Source of the DNA: a virus
Lineage: Duplodnaviria; Caudoviricetes
Length of the DNA stretch: 64,000 bases
Direction: 5' to 3' (one strand)
Virus record (IMG/VR): IMGVR_UViG_3300025715_000009
Coordinates: 192,001-256,000 of that record
The notes beneath the pieces were generated by a model. It made no database searches and was not told where the DNA came from. It worked only from the letters and a program-made list of their open reading frames with translations. The position numbers and the translations under genes were made by a program. Position 1 is the first letter of the stretch, and each line of letters starts with the position of its first letter. Positions 42,903 to 53,675 of the stretch are shown piece after piece.

Positions 42903-45900
42903 TTATTTAACAACTCTAACTTCAACCATCACTTTATCACCGCTTACCAATGTAATATCATCAGTTCCATTAAATGTAAGTCTCTTTTCACCACCAGTAT
43001 AGTTATAGTTCCATTCAGTATCAGCTAATCTTAAACCGTTGAGATATGCAGCAACGTGATAACCAGCAGCTCTCATTGTAGATGGAGATGCAGGGAAAGA
43101 ACCAGTTGTTGGAAGCTCAGCAAGAGTAAGAACAACATAATCATTAGTAACATCACCAGAAGTTGCAGTTTTTTCTTCATATCCAATGTCAATAGATCCT
43201 TCATAAGCAACTTTCAATGCACCAAGGATAGATGTTGCTCCACCAGGAAGAGAAGTAGCACCAGCATCAGAGAATGGAATAGCAGCAGTTCTACTATCTT
43301 TGAGTGTTAATTCACCAGCAGCAGAGAGAATAACATTACCACTGCTTGCAGTGGAAAGAGTTAAGTTATTTCCTGTGACTGTGAAATGAGAAGCAGCTGT
43401 ACCATCAATTGCAATCACTGCACCATCAACATCAACTCCTGTTACACCAGTTACTACAACACTACCAGAAGTAGTTGTCTTAAGAGTAAGGTCTGCGGAA
43501 TTAACATTGAGATAAGATGCAGAACTGCCATCGAGTTCAAATGCTCCAGATGCATTAACATCAAGTTTTGTAGCACTAACAACAACATCTTTTCCTGAAG
43601 TAAGATTAACATCATATGCTCCAGTTGTAGAGAGAGTAAGAGCAGCACCAGCTACTGTGAAATTAGAAGCAGCAGTTGCATCCAAGCTAATGCCAGCAGC
43701 ATCAACTGTGAAAGCACCAGAAGCATCAAGATCCATAACTCCAGTAGCATTAAGGATTACTGTTCCACCAGATTGAGCTAAATTACCAGCTACTGTTGTA
43801 GCATCAAGTGTTGTATCACCAGTTACATCAAATTTGGCAACTACATCAACTCTATCACCAGTTGCAAGAGCCTTAATAGAGAGAATATCAGCACCAGCAG
43901 CTTCAGTAACATTAAATTCATAATTGTCTGTTACTTGCCATTCAACTGAACCATTATCCATTGTGACAACTCTTGTTCCTGTCTCACCATCATAAATCTC
44001 ATCAAGAGTATCAGATCCTGTCATTTCAGCTCTTAATTCATTCAATGCACCAACAATTGATGTACCGGTGCTGAATCCAGAAAGACCAGTTACACCAGTT
44101 TGAGAAAGAGCAAGACCAGAAGAGAGATATTGATCTTTGAGTGTCAATGCACCAGCAGAAGAGAGAGCAAGAGCACCAGAAGTAATTGTAGAGAGAGTAA
44201 GATTTCCACCAGTTACAGAAACATTAGAAGCAGCCAAACCATCAATAGAGAAACCAGCAGCAGCTCCAGTATCTACAGTAACAGCACCAGCAGAAGAGAT
44301 AATTACTCCACCAGAAGTTGTTGTAGAAAGAGTAAGAGAAGCTTCTGTAACATTAATTAAAGAAGCAGCATCTGCTTGAGCAGTAAGAGCACCTGTTCCA
44401 GCTTCAAGAGTAAGACCAACAGCTGTAATAGATGCGGCATCTGCAGAAGAAAGTTGTAAGTGTGTTCCACCTGTTCCAGAGGCAGCAAGATTAATATCAG
44501 CACCATCAGCATCAATTGAACCATCAAGATTCATTGCACCAATTACTTGTGTTGCACCAGTTTGTACAAGAGAACCAGTTGTATTAATGTTTGCAGCATT
44601 GAGAGCGAATGTTCCAGCAGCATCAACATCAACACCACCAGCAGTATTAATTCTTAAACTGTCAACAGCAGTTGCTGTTGTATCAACTTTGAATGTATAA
44701 TTACCAGTTTGATCAAAATCACCATCAAGATTTACATCACCAATAATTTGAGCATCACCAGTTTGTGTAAGAACACCAGTTGTATTAATTGCAGGAGAGT
44801 CAATTGTTACTGAAGTTGTAGCATCAACGTCTAATGTTGCAGCAGCAGAAACATTAACATCACCAGAAGTAATTGTAGAAAGAGTAAGATCAGCACCAGT
44901 TACAGAAACATTAGATGCTAATACACCATCAATTGAGAATGAACCAGAATCAATAGTAATTGGTTTTGTAGCAGCAGCATCAATATCAATACCACCAACA
45001 GTTGAATTAATCTTAACTGAATCATTTGCTGTTCCTGTTAATGATGTAATTATTGCTTTGCCTGTGAGCAACATAACAGAACTACTTGAGTCAACATCTT
45101 CTATAATAATAGATTTTGTTGAAGCAGCTTTAAGATATACATCTCCAGATGTATTCATATTAAATGTTGAACCAGAATTTTCATCAATAGTAAATCCTGC
45201 ATCTACATCAATATCTACTCCACCAGTTGTATCAATCTTAACTGAATTAGCACCAGAACCTGCAGAAACTACGAACTTGGAAGCATCTGTTCCGTCTGCA
45301 AGAGCGAATGACTTAGAAGCAGCCATTGTGAAAACAACATTTGTGTTATCAACTGCAACTGTAGATCCACCATCATAAGCACTATCCATAGAAAGAGCAC
45401 CAGTTCCACCACCAGCAGTAACAATCTCATAGAAGTTTGAACCATCATTTGTAAGTTCCCACTTGTCAGAGCTTTCATTCCATCTAAGAGAAGTATCTGC
45501 AGATGTTCCTCTTTCAACTGTAATAAGAGCATCAAGAGAAGGAGCACCAGTAACTCCAGAGTTAAGAACTATTTGATTATCTGCTACTAACAACTCTTGT
45601 GAATTAACAGTTGTTGTTGTACCAGAAACGTTAAGGTTACCAAGAATCTCAACAGTAGATTGATTAATTCTAACCAAATCTTTTGTTGTTGTTCCTGCAG
45701 AACGCATAACAATTTGATCATTATCTTCATCACCAATTGTGAATACTAATCTTGAATAATATTCGCTAAAGAAATCAATTGGTGTTGAACCTTGTGCTAA
45801 TGTAACGGCATCAATGTAGAAATCATAGTCTTCTGATCCAGTACCATCAGCAATAATCTTAAAGTCACCAGAAGCACCATTATCTGCGCCAAGAGTTGCT

Positions 45901-48900
45901 GTAACTAATGTCCAAGAAGTATATGTTTGTGGGCCATTAATAATTGTAACTTGAGCACCAGCATTTAATTGAACATAAATATCACCTGGAATTGTTCCCT
46001 TAACATAGAAAGAAACAGAGTGTGCTGTTGCAGCTGTAAGACCAGATGTTGCTTGTACTAACAAATCTCTATCAGAAGCAAGATCAAGAGCAGAGAATTT
46101 TATTGAATAAGAACCATAGTACTTATCAGAATCTACTCTTGTAACCCCAGTGCCTTCTGTCCAAGAATCTGCATTTGTACCAGAACCAGCTTCAAAACCA
46201 GGGTTTGTAAGCTTGTTATTTACGTTTAATGTACCACCTCTTGCACCTGTAATTGTTGCATGATCTGTTGGATCTACTGATGTAATCTTAATATTACCAA
46301 CAGAGAGCCAATCAGTATCAGGAATAACCACATCACCTGTAAATTCAGCAACTGGTGTATCAAACCAAACTTTATGATCAGAATTAAAAACAACATCACC
46401 ATTACCAGTTGTATTAAGAGTAATATCTTGATCAACTGGAGCTGTTATTGTTGTTGTTCCATCAATTGTAACTACTGTTGCATCAAGGTCAAGTAAGGCT
46501 CCACCATTGATTTGAACTTCAGTATCAGATGAAATATCAACTAATTGACCAGTTGCAGCAGCAACAGATACTTTACCATCAGTGTTAAGACCAACAGAAG
46601 CACCAGATGCTGTAAGATCAACAGTATCACCACCAATATCGACATCGCCAGTTGCTGCAACAGTAAATGCTCCAGAAACTGTAGAATTGAAAGATGCGCC
46701 ATCATGGTCTACTGCTCCATTGAAGTCAAGTGTTGTAGCAGTAAGATCAACTTCTACGCCACCTGCAAGAGCAACAAGAGTGTCTGAGTCAACAGTAACT
46801 GACTTGCCTGCACCTGCATTAATGTCAACATCACCACCATTAATCTCAACTTCAACAGCAGATGTTGTTGTAACTTTTGTATCAGAATCGATTGTTACTG
46901 TATATCCTGTACCAGCATTGATGTCAATTGCTCCACCAGTAAGATCAATTTCATCAGCTGATGAAAGTTGAACTTCACCAGTTCCAGATGTTGTAACAAT
47001 CATATTAGTATCAACACTTGTAGTAATAAAAGAATCTGCGTTTGCTTTAATTTGCATTGCTGCACTATCAGAAGTAATACTAAAATCACCATTGATTACA
47101 GTTTCAGCATTAAGTGTAATTAATTCAGAAGTAGCTGTTATTTCTTCACCTCTAGAACTGTCAAAAACTATCACGCTTTCATCAGAACGACCTAAAACTA
47201 CTTGACTACCAATAGTTAATCCATTTGCAGTTGTAGGATCTCCTAATTCTATGGAAGAAGCATTAATATAATATGATGATCCAGTTATTGGTCTAACAGA
47301 TCCACCAACATAATCAAAATCTGTGCCTTCAACAACACCGGTACCAGAAGTTAATACAATAACCCATCTATTTGTATCAAGAATAAAAACTGGTTCATTT
47401 GTCTTAAAATAAGTTCCGCCAGCCTTTGCTGTTGTAAATGCAGCTTCATCTGCAAATGTTTTTCCACCACCAGCACCCATTGCAATACCTTCAAGCATAG
47501 CTTGTAAGTTAGAATTTCCACCAAGAGAACCACCAGTAGGAATAACACCAGTAATACCATCAACACCAATAAGGTTTGCACCTGCTGCTGTTCCGAGAGC
47601 AACACCTTGAGTTCTTAATAATTCAACATATTCATACAAGTCTTCACGGTTTGCATTAACAGCAGCAATAACAGAAGTTGGTGCTGTGTTGCCAATAGCA
47701 CGTCCAGTCCAATTGAAATCTGTTTGAGCATCATAAGCAAATTTTGCAGTTGCGAGTGCTGTAGAATTTGTTTGAGAAAGAGGAATAGCAGATGTAAGAT
47801 ATTGATCTTTGAGTGTTAATCCAGCAGTTGAAGCAAGAGCGATTGAAGAACCATCAACTGTGACTGCTCCACCATCAATATCTACTGCATTTGATTCAGC
47901 ATTAAGAGTAACCGATCCACCAGATTGGCCAAGATTTCCAACCATTGTTACACCATCAAGAGTAGATGCACCAATTACTTCAAAAGCGCCAGTTACTGTT
48001 GTTGCACCAGTAATTCCCGTTACACCAGTAATTGTAGTTGCTGCATTAACTGCCAATGTATCACCTGCTGCAAGAGCAGAAACATCAACAATTGCTGCAC
48101 CAGTTGAATCACCAACAATAAATTTCTTGGTATCAGTAAGATTGAAACTTACATTTGAACTATCAACTGCAATAGTTGATCCATCATCATAGGCATCATC
48201 AAGAGAGTGAGTAATATCCAACCCACCAGATACAAGACTATTAATATCACCTTGTAATTCTGCAAGAGCTCCTTGAACTGTTGTTGCTGCAAGACCATCA
48301 CCTGCGGTTACACCAATTAAGCTAGCACCAGAAGAACCAGATGCTGTTGAGGAGAGCTCTGTCTCTCTAAAATAACGAGCATCAAGAACGTTAGCTCCAG
48401 TTGTTTCAGCTGATGGACTTAATTCAGTTTCTGTGTAATAACGAGTGTCTAATTGACCATTATTTAACTCTGTTTCTGTGTAATAACGATTATCTAATTG
48501 ACCTGCATCTAATTGTGTTTGTGTGTAGTAAAGATCATGGTGATTATGTGATCCAGAAATACCAACAACATCAGCAAAACCAACGCCTGCAATGAATCCT
48601 TTTACTGGAGCTGTCAAGTAAGAGAAAACTTCCAAGAAAAGAATGTCAATGTTTGTGTTTGATGCAAATGTATAAGCACTTCCATCTGACTTGAAGAAAT
48701 AGAGGGTGAAATCTGTTCCATCATGTCTTAATTCACCATAGACAGTTGCTGCATTTGCCGCAGCACCTGGATCAGAATCTGTACCATCAGCAATTGGTTC
48801 ACCTGTTGCTGAATTTCTGATTTGTACTTTGTAATTTGTAATACCAGCTCCATTTGTTCCAGAGCCGGTAAGTAAAACACCCTTAGCAGTTGCTGCTGTT

Positions 48901-49175
48901 TGAGGTGTATCTGTTGCCGCTGCTCCTTGGACTGCAGTTGTTACTGTTACTGAAGATCCAGTTCCTGATGCTACACCAGTTACCATATCCCAGAGAGTAA
49001 TCAACTTTGAGTCAAGTGCGGCATTTTCAACAGATTTGTTGGCATTAAGATCTGATGCCACAATTTGACCAGCTAAATTAAGCTTAGAATAAGCTATAGC
49101 TGCAGTTGCGGAAATGTGACTGTCTTTAATAATACCGTCACGGATCTGTTCGCCACGAATTTGTGTTAAAGCCAT
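42903..49175 (-). CDS. Long Ala/Gly/Thr/Asp-rich fibre protein (2090 aa) with a CBM-like domain
   Basis: LDxRYYTETEL, LDxxYDG and LTLSTxxSG repeats; NKLTNPGFE...FYIDAV CBM-like domain; C-terminal YLNGLRL domain. Confidence 0.8.
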   Translation of the reverse strand: MALTQIRGEQIRDGIIKDSHISATAAIAYSKLNLAGQIVASDLNANKSVENAALDSKLITLWDMVTGVASGTGSSVTVTTAVQGAAATDTPQTAATAKGVLLTGSGTNGAGITNYKVQIRNSATGEPIADGTDSDPGAAANAATVYGELRHDGTDFTLYFFKSDGSAYTFASNTNIDILFLEVFSYLTAPVKGFIAGVGFADVVGISGSHNHHDLYYTQTQLDAGQLDNRYYTETELNNGQLDTRYYTETELSPSAETTGANVLDARYFRETELSSTASGSSGASLIGVTAGDGLAATTVQGALAELQGDINSLVSGGLDITHSLDDAYDDGSTIAVDSSNVSFNLTDTKKFIVGDSTGAAIVDVSALAAGDTLAVNAATTITGVTGITGATTVTGAFEVIGASTLDGVTMVGNLGQSGGSVTLNAESNAVDIDGGAVTVDGSSIALASTAGLTLKDQYLTSAIPLSQTNSTALATAKFAYDAQTDFNWTGRAIGNTAPTSVIAAVNANREDLYEYVELLRTQGVALGTAAGANLIGVDGITGVIPTGGSLGGNSNLQAMLEGIAMGAGGGKTFADEAAFTTAKAGGTYFKTNEPVFILDTNRWVIVLTSGTGVVEGTDFDYVGGSVRPITGSSYYINASSIELGDPTTANGLTIGSQVVLGRSDESVIVFDSSRGEEITATSELITLNAETVINGDFSITSDSAAMQIKANADSFITTSVDTNMIVTTSGTGEVQLSSADEIDLTGGAIDINAGTGYTVTIDSDTKVTTTSAVEVEINGGDVDINAGAGKSVTVDSDTLVALAGGVEVDLTATTLDFNGAVDHDGASFNSTVSGAFTVAATGDVDIGGDTVDLTASGASVGLNTDGKVSVAAATGQLVDISSDTEVQINGGALLDLDATVVTIDGTTTITAPVDQDITLNTTGNGDVVFNSDHKVWFDTPVAEFTGDVVIPDTDWLSVGNIKITSVDPTDHATITGARGGTLNVNNKLTNPGFEAGSGTNADSWTEGTGVTRVDSDKYYGSYSIKFSALDLASDRDLLVQATSGLTAATAHSVSFYVKGTIPGDIYVQLNAGAQVTIINGPQTYTSWTLVTATLGADNGASGDFKIIADGTGSEDYDFYIDAVTLAQGSTPIDFFSEYYSRLVFTIGDEDNDQIVMRSAGTTTKDLVRINQSTVEILGNLNVSGTTTTVNSQELLVADNQIVLNSGVTGAPSLDALITVERGTSADTSLRWNESSDKWELTNDGSNFYEIVTAGGGTGALSMDSAYDGGSTVAVDNTNVVFTMAASKSFALADGTDASKFVVSAGSGANSVKIDTTGGVDIDVDAGFTIDENSGSTFNMNTSGDVYLKAASTKSIIIEDVDSSSSVMLLTGKAIITSLTGTANDSVKINSTVGGIDIDAAATKPITIDSGSFSIDGVLASNVSVTGADLTLSTITSGDVNVSAAATLDVDATTSVTIDSPAINTTGVLTQTGDAQIIGDVNLDGDFDQTGNYTFKVDTTATAVDSLRINTAGGVDVDAAGTFALNAANINTTGSLVQTGATQVIGAMNLDGSIDADGADINLAASGTGGTHLQLSSADAASITAVGLTLEAGTGALTAQADAASLINVTEASLTLSTTTSGGVIISSAGAVTVDTGAAAGFSIDGLAASNVSVTGGNLTLSTITSGALALSSAGALTLKDQYLSSGLALSQTGVTGLSGFSTGTSIVGALNELRAEMTGSDTLDEIYDGETGTRVVTMDNGSVEWQVTDNYEFNVTEAAGADILSIKALATGDRVDVVAKFDVTGDTTLDATTVAGNLAQSGGTVILNATGVMDLDASGAFTVDAAGISLDATAASNFTVAGAALTLSTTGAYDVNLTSGKDVVVSATKLDVNASGAFELDGSSASYLNVNSADLTLKTTTSGSVVVTGVTGVDVDGAVIAIDGTAASHFTVTGNNLTLSTASSGNVILSAAGELTLKDSRTAAIPFSDAGATSLPGGATSILGALKVAYEGSIDIGYEEKTATSGDVTNDYVVLTLAELPTTGSFPASPSTMRAAGYHVAAYLNGLRLADTEWNYNYTGGEKRLTFNGTDDITLVSGDKVMVEVRVVK

Positions 49176-49204
49176 TTATAATCCTCCTATAAGATTTGTG
49201 TATA

Positions 49205-52200
49205 TTACCAATTTATCGAAATCTCTTCAATTGGAGGTGCATAAGCACTGCTCATTGTAACTCGTAGAATAATCATATATCCCGAGAGAGCTGTGCTATA
49301 TCCGCCACTTGTCCATTTAAAGTTATTTCCACTATATTCAACAAGGCATCCATCATTGTCTGCCCCATGAAAATCAGCTTCATTGTAAGGTTTTTTCAAA
49401 TCAAGCCATCCTGTTTGTCCGGACAGCTTCATCATTATCTTTATATATTGGTTATCAAAAATGTTATCTTTTATTGTAAAAATTCCGTTATTATGAGGTT
49501 CTCCACTATCAATAAATGCACGAATATAATGTCTTTCTCCTGTTAGGCCAGAATAGTTGATTGTTTGATTTGGGTAATAACCAGAAAGAAAATTAATGCC
49601 TGGATATGCCAGTTTTTTATCATATAATAACAAATCTTTATTTCCAAGAATAATTCTACTATTCCACAGATCTTGATAATTGGCAGGAGTGGTATTATAT
49701 TCTTCTACTGGAAGACGATACTTCTCATCAATAAAATATTCATGTTTATCATCCGCTGCTTTTGTCCATGTATTTATTAATACATTTTGGAACAATTTAG
49801 TATTTTCTATAGAACGATGGGGTTGATTTCCTTTTAATTTAATTATAGGGCTTGTAGAATATATATTTATTTGATTTAATGAAATTGAATTTTTATATAT
49901 AATAGGCATTAATGTATTAGGAGTAACTGGTGCTATTCCATCAGTTGTAGTATATTGACTTGTATAATCAAAAGAGAATGGAGTCACTCCTAATTCTGAA
50001 CAATTTGCCTCTATTTGTGCTCCTTTTATATAGGTATTGTTAAATAATGATTGAGCAGTAAATTGTAAATTAAGTTTATCACCAATAGAATAATATCTAA
50101 CACCAGATAAATATTTTTGTGATCCCAATAAAGATTCTGTCAATACATAATTATCAAAAAATATGTTAGTAGGAGTTGCATCCCAGAAAAATATAAAATC
50201 AGGAACAGATCTTGTTTCTCCATTTACTATATGATACAGATTTATTTTATTTTCACCAGGAGTAAGAGAGGTTTTAGATATATTTAATTTAAAATCACAT
50301 TTTTGATATTGTCCAAAATTATTATATGGTGCAATTGATATGATTTCTATTTTACCAAGCGGTGAAATATAAGGCGTCCAAGATTGTTGCTGACCTCTTT
50401 CTGATTCTATAAATCTATCTCCAAGATTTATGCTATCTGCTAAAGTGTCATTAATATATAGAGAAAAAACACCTTTATCAGCATCAGAAAACTCAGCAGA
50501 TTTATTAGTAGATTCTAAGACAAATAAATCTCCTACAACTATTTTATTATATTGTTGATAAGCGGATAATGTTCTAAATGTGTTTACTTGACCTCCAGAT
50601 AAATATCCAGTATAATATGGAGTATTAGTTATTGTTAAATGGGCAGTTAATGGGATAGCATTATCTGGTATAAGATAAGACAAATTATCAAGTTGAGTTT
50701 GTAAAGTTGATAATAGAGTATTTACTTCCTCTCTCCTTGGATAACGAGCATCATGATCTGCATTTAATCCATTGGTATCTGGCATATCAGATAAATCAGT
50801 ATGTGTAAGTGATGAACCTGCTCCTTTTATTTCATACCATTGTCCTTCTGATTCATCCCAAGAATATAATGTATTGTTTTCTAATACAAGAATGACATCT
50901 CCATCATTATTATTTATTGATGGTCTTTGTGCCATTGTTGCTACTGGGGCTTTCCAAGACCCTGAACCAGATGATGATCCAAAATATACTATTAAAGTAA
51001 TTTTATCCGTAGGATTAGTTGGAGTTAGAAATTGTATATCTGTTGAATTGAGAATTATATAATCATCTGTTTTATGTTTTAATACTCCATTCACAAATAC
51101 TTCAAGATTAGATCCAATTGAGTCAAACTCTACATCTGATTTATATGTTTTATTTATTGGAGAATCAGTTGATTGACTTCCTAATTTAATTGTAGCATAT
51201 TTAAATAAATAATCTGGCAATTCATCTGGTCTTGCAGGAGGTGGTCCTGACATACCAGGTATATTGGTTCCAGATGACGGTGTTGATATAAAATCATCTG
51301 CTGATTTTGCATCTGATATTTCAGATGTTGCTCCATACCACCACCAATTATTTGTTGCTTTTTGACCAATATCAAATGCTTGGACTTTATAATAAGGATT
51401 TTCCTCTGCCTCAAAATCAACATCATAATCAATATAATAAGACAAAACTTTACCAGTATTAATATCTATATTTTCTATTGTATAAGTTTGTCCAGATGGA
51501 ATTAAAGCAATCCAGGTTCCTGTTCCTGAAATAGGATCATAATCATTGGATTTATATACAGTATAAGCAGTAGCATGTGCTGTTTCTTCCCAGGCAAGAA
51601 TTAAACCATCTGGAATCATTTGTAAATAATCTTCGTTTACAATAGTTTGTTCATCATCAAGATATTGTCTTTGATCAAGAGACATATGCGTTTCAATTCC
51701 ACCAATAATGGGTGTTGCTATGCCTTTATCCCAATATTTTTGAGTTGAGAAAGAATCTTCCTTTAAAGTAACACCTATTATTCCAAATGATTCTTCGGTT
51801 TGGGCTATTTTTTTATCTGCATCTTCTATAGATGATCCAATAGATACAAGAGTTATTTTTGATCCACCGTTTTGAACATCAATAAGATTTTTAATCCACA
51901 ATGTTCTAAATCCATATAATGTTGATGCATCAGATACATCATTACCAAAAACAGTATCTATTTGGGAAGCCATTGTAGATAATGTTGTTATTATATTATT
52001 TAAAGATGTTTTTAATCCAATAATTAAAGCATCTAACTCCAATCTATTTTTACCAACTTTATCTGTCAAATAAGTATCAATAATAGAAATCATATTTGTA
52101 ATACTTGCTTGCCATCCTACCTGTTGTGACCAATTATCATCTCTACCTGGGATGACACTTGGATTCATAAAAAAGTTATCATAATTTACTTTTGTATATT

Positions 52201-53149
52201 CAATGAATTGCCATACTTCTTGTAATTTATTTTTTATATCTTGTAAAAGAGTATCTAAATTAGAATCATAATAATCTCTGTGGATATATTGATATCCTGG
52301 TGGTCTTGTTCCGCCTGTTGCTTGATCTTGGGCAATAGTTAAATTATTTTCAAAATCATATGATCCATTACCAAAACTATAACTACCATTTTGCCATTCA
52401 CCTTCAGTTCCATATCCTCCAGATGTAGAAGAATAATTAATAACATCAGCGAATCTATTTCCTAAAATTGTATCTGGTATAATAGTTGTATAAGATGGAG
52501 CAGATCCTCCTTCTTCTATTTCACCAGTAATTGGTCCTAATGGTGATTTATCCCCAATAATAGATAATGCATCATTTATCTTCCCAATTGTTTGATTAGT
52601 ATCATTTGGCGGATAAGAATAAGATCCACCTATTAAAACTTTATCTCTATTATCTAAAAATGTAGAAGATGTATAATCATATTCACCCTTGGCTGCCTGT
52701 TGATTTATTGTTATCCCAGATTCTGCTTTGCCTTCAAAACCAGCAGCATTACCCACAAAATATCCAGATTTATATGCTGTTCCAGACATTACTTGTTCTG
52801 CTGTTGTTGTTAAATCAGATCTTTTATATGCTGTATTTTGAGCAGCGCCTCCATTAGGGATTTCTTCGTTATTAGTTATTGGGTTATTTCTTACTTTGCC
52901 ATTGATCTTATATATAATTTCATAATAGCAGCGTATCAATCCTTCAACACCTAATTGTGTCCAATCTATTTGAGAAGATTTAGATCCACCAAAGAGTTGA
53001 GATAAGTTAAAATCATCTTCTTCAGAAGATGATTCAATTTCAGGGGATGCGCTTCCATCTCGAGCCCATAAGAGATTTATTTTTTGTTGGACTGCTCGTG
53101 AACGAGTTTCTTTGATCTTTCTTTTTTTCTCTTCTATACTAATCGCCAT
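49205..53149 (-). CDS. Large virion structural (baseplate/tail-associated) protein
   Basis: VFVNGV...DDY domain, WKAPVAT...GD repeat, HDARY motif; start moved from 53161 to ATG 53149 (RBS GGAG). Confidence 0.7.
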   Translation of the reverse strand: MAISIEEKKRKIKETRSRAVQQKINLLWARDGSASPEIESSSEEDDFNLSQLFGGSKSSQIDWTQLGVEGLIRCYYEIIYKINGKVRNNPITNNEEIPNGGAAQNTAYKRSDLTTTAEQVMSGTAYKSGYFVGNAAGFEGKAESGITINQQAAKGEYDYTSSTFLDNRDKVLIGGSYSYPPNDTNQTIGKINDALSIIGDKSPLGPITGEIEEGGSAPSYTTIIPDTILGNRFADVINYSSTSGGYGTEGEWQNGSYSFGNGSYDFENNLTIAQDQATGGTRPPGYQYIHRDYYDSNLDTLLQDIKNKLQEVWQFIEYTKVNYDNFFMNPSVIPGRDDNWSQQVGWQASITNMISIIDTYLTDKVGKNRLELDALIIGLKTSLNNIITTLSTMASQIDTVFGNDVSDASTLYGFRTLWIKNLIDVQNGGSKITLVSIGSSIEDADKKIAQTEESFGIIGVTLKEDSFSTQKYWDKGIATPIIGGIETHMSLDQRQYLDDEQTIVNEDYLQMIPDGLILAWEETAHATAYTVYKSNDYDPISGTGTWIALIPSGQTYTIENIDINTGKVLSYYIDYDVDFEAEENPYYKVQAFDIGQKATNNWWWYGATSEISDAKSADDFISTPSSGTNIPGMSGPPPARPDELPDYLFKYATIKLGSQSTDSPINKTYKSDVEFDSIGSNLEVFVNGVLKHKTDDYIILNSTDIQFLTPTNPTDKITLIVYFGSSSGSGSWKAPVATMAQRPSINNNDGDVILVLENNTLYSWDESEGQWYEIKGAGSSLTHTDLSDMPDTNGLNADHDARYPRREEVNTLLSTLQTQLDNLSYLIPDNAIPLTAHLTITNTPYYTGYLSGGQVNTFRTLSAYQQYNKIVVGDLFVLESTNKSAEFSDADKGVFSLYINDTLADSINLGDRFIESERGQQQSWTPYISPLGKIEIISIAPYNNFGQYQKCDFKLNISKTSLTPGENKINLYHIVNGETRSVPDFIFFWDATPTNIFFDNYVLTESLLGSQKYLSGVRYYSIGDKLNLQFTAQSLFNNTYIKGAQIEANCSELGVTPFSFDYTSQYTTTDGIAPVTPNTLMPIIYKNSISLNQINIYSTSPIIKLKGNQPHRSIENTKLFQNVLINTWTKAADDKHEYFIDEKYRLPVEEYNTTPANYQDLWNSRIILGNKDLLLYDKKLAYPGINFLSGYYPNQTINYSGLTGERHYIRAFIDSGEPHNNGIFTIKDNIFDNQYIKIMMKLSGQTGWLDLKKPYNEADFHGADNDGCLVEYSGNNFKWTSGGYSTALSGYMIILRVTMSSAYAPPIEEISINW

Positions 53150-53399
53150 TATTTTCTCCAAAAATTGTCATAACCATATCTCTATATTGTAATGGAGTTA
53201 AATTTCCCATTGTTATTTTTTGTAATCCATCTGGTTTTTGTTTTACAACTTCATAGCGCCATACATTCCATGCTTCACTATAATAAAGATATATAATTTT
53301 ATTATTTATTATATAGTAATGATGAACCATATCATCTAATTGAGGATCGCCATAATTATCAGGGCTTACTATGTCTTCTTTTTCATAATAAATTGTCAT
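53139..53399 (-). CDS. Small hypothetical protein with C-terminal VMTIF motif
   Basis: 86 aa; ends QYRDMVMTIFGENNGD. Confidence 0.7.
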   Translation of the reverse strand: MTIYYEKEDIVSPDNYGDPQLDDMVHHYYIINNKIIYLYYSEAWNVWRYEVVKQKPDGLQKITMGNLTPLQYRDMVMTIFGENNGD

Positions 53400-53401
53400 T
53401 A

Positions 53402-53653
53402 TTACATCAAAATCCTATATTCAAATAAGTGTTTTATAACCATACTATAAAAATCTTGAGATAAAGAACTCAGATCCAACTCCTTACAAGTTTCATCCAT
53501 AACAGGTCTTGATAATTCATTAGTATATATACTTACATTTTCAAGATGTTTTAATGGTTTTGACATTTTTAAAAAACCGAGAACTTTTTCGCCTAAGAAT
53601 ATATAATAAATATCAAAACCATATTTGCTAATTTGTTTAAAATATACTTTCAT
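53402..53653 (-). CDS. Small hypothetical protein with C-terminal IKHLFE motif
   Basis: 83 aa; ends FYSMVIKHLFEYRILM. Confidence 0.7.
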   Translation of the reverse strand: MKVYFKQISKYGFDIYYIFLGEKVLGFLKMSKPLKHLENVSIYTNELSRPVMDETCKELDLSSLSQDFYSMVIKHLFEYRILM

Positions 53654-53657
53654 AAAA

Positions 53658-53664
53658 TTATCTT
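53658..53664 (-). promoter_or_regulatory. AAGATAA putative promoter, 4 nt before ATG
   Basis: CAAGATAA-tttt-ATG with no SD. Confidence 0.55.
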
Positions 53665-53675
53665 GCTGGTTTTTA

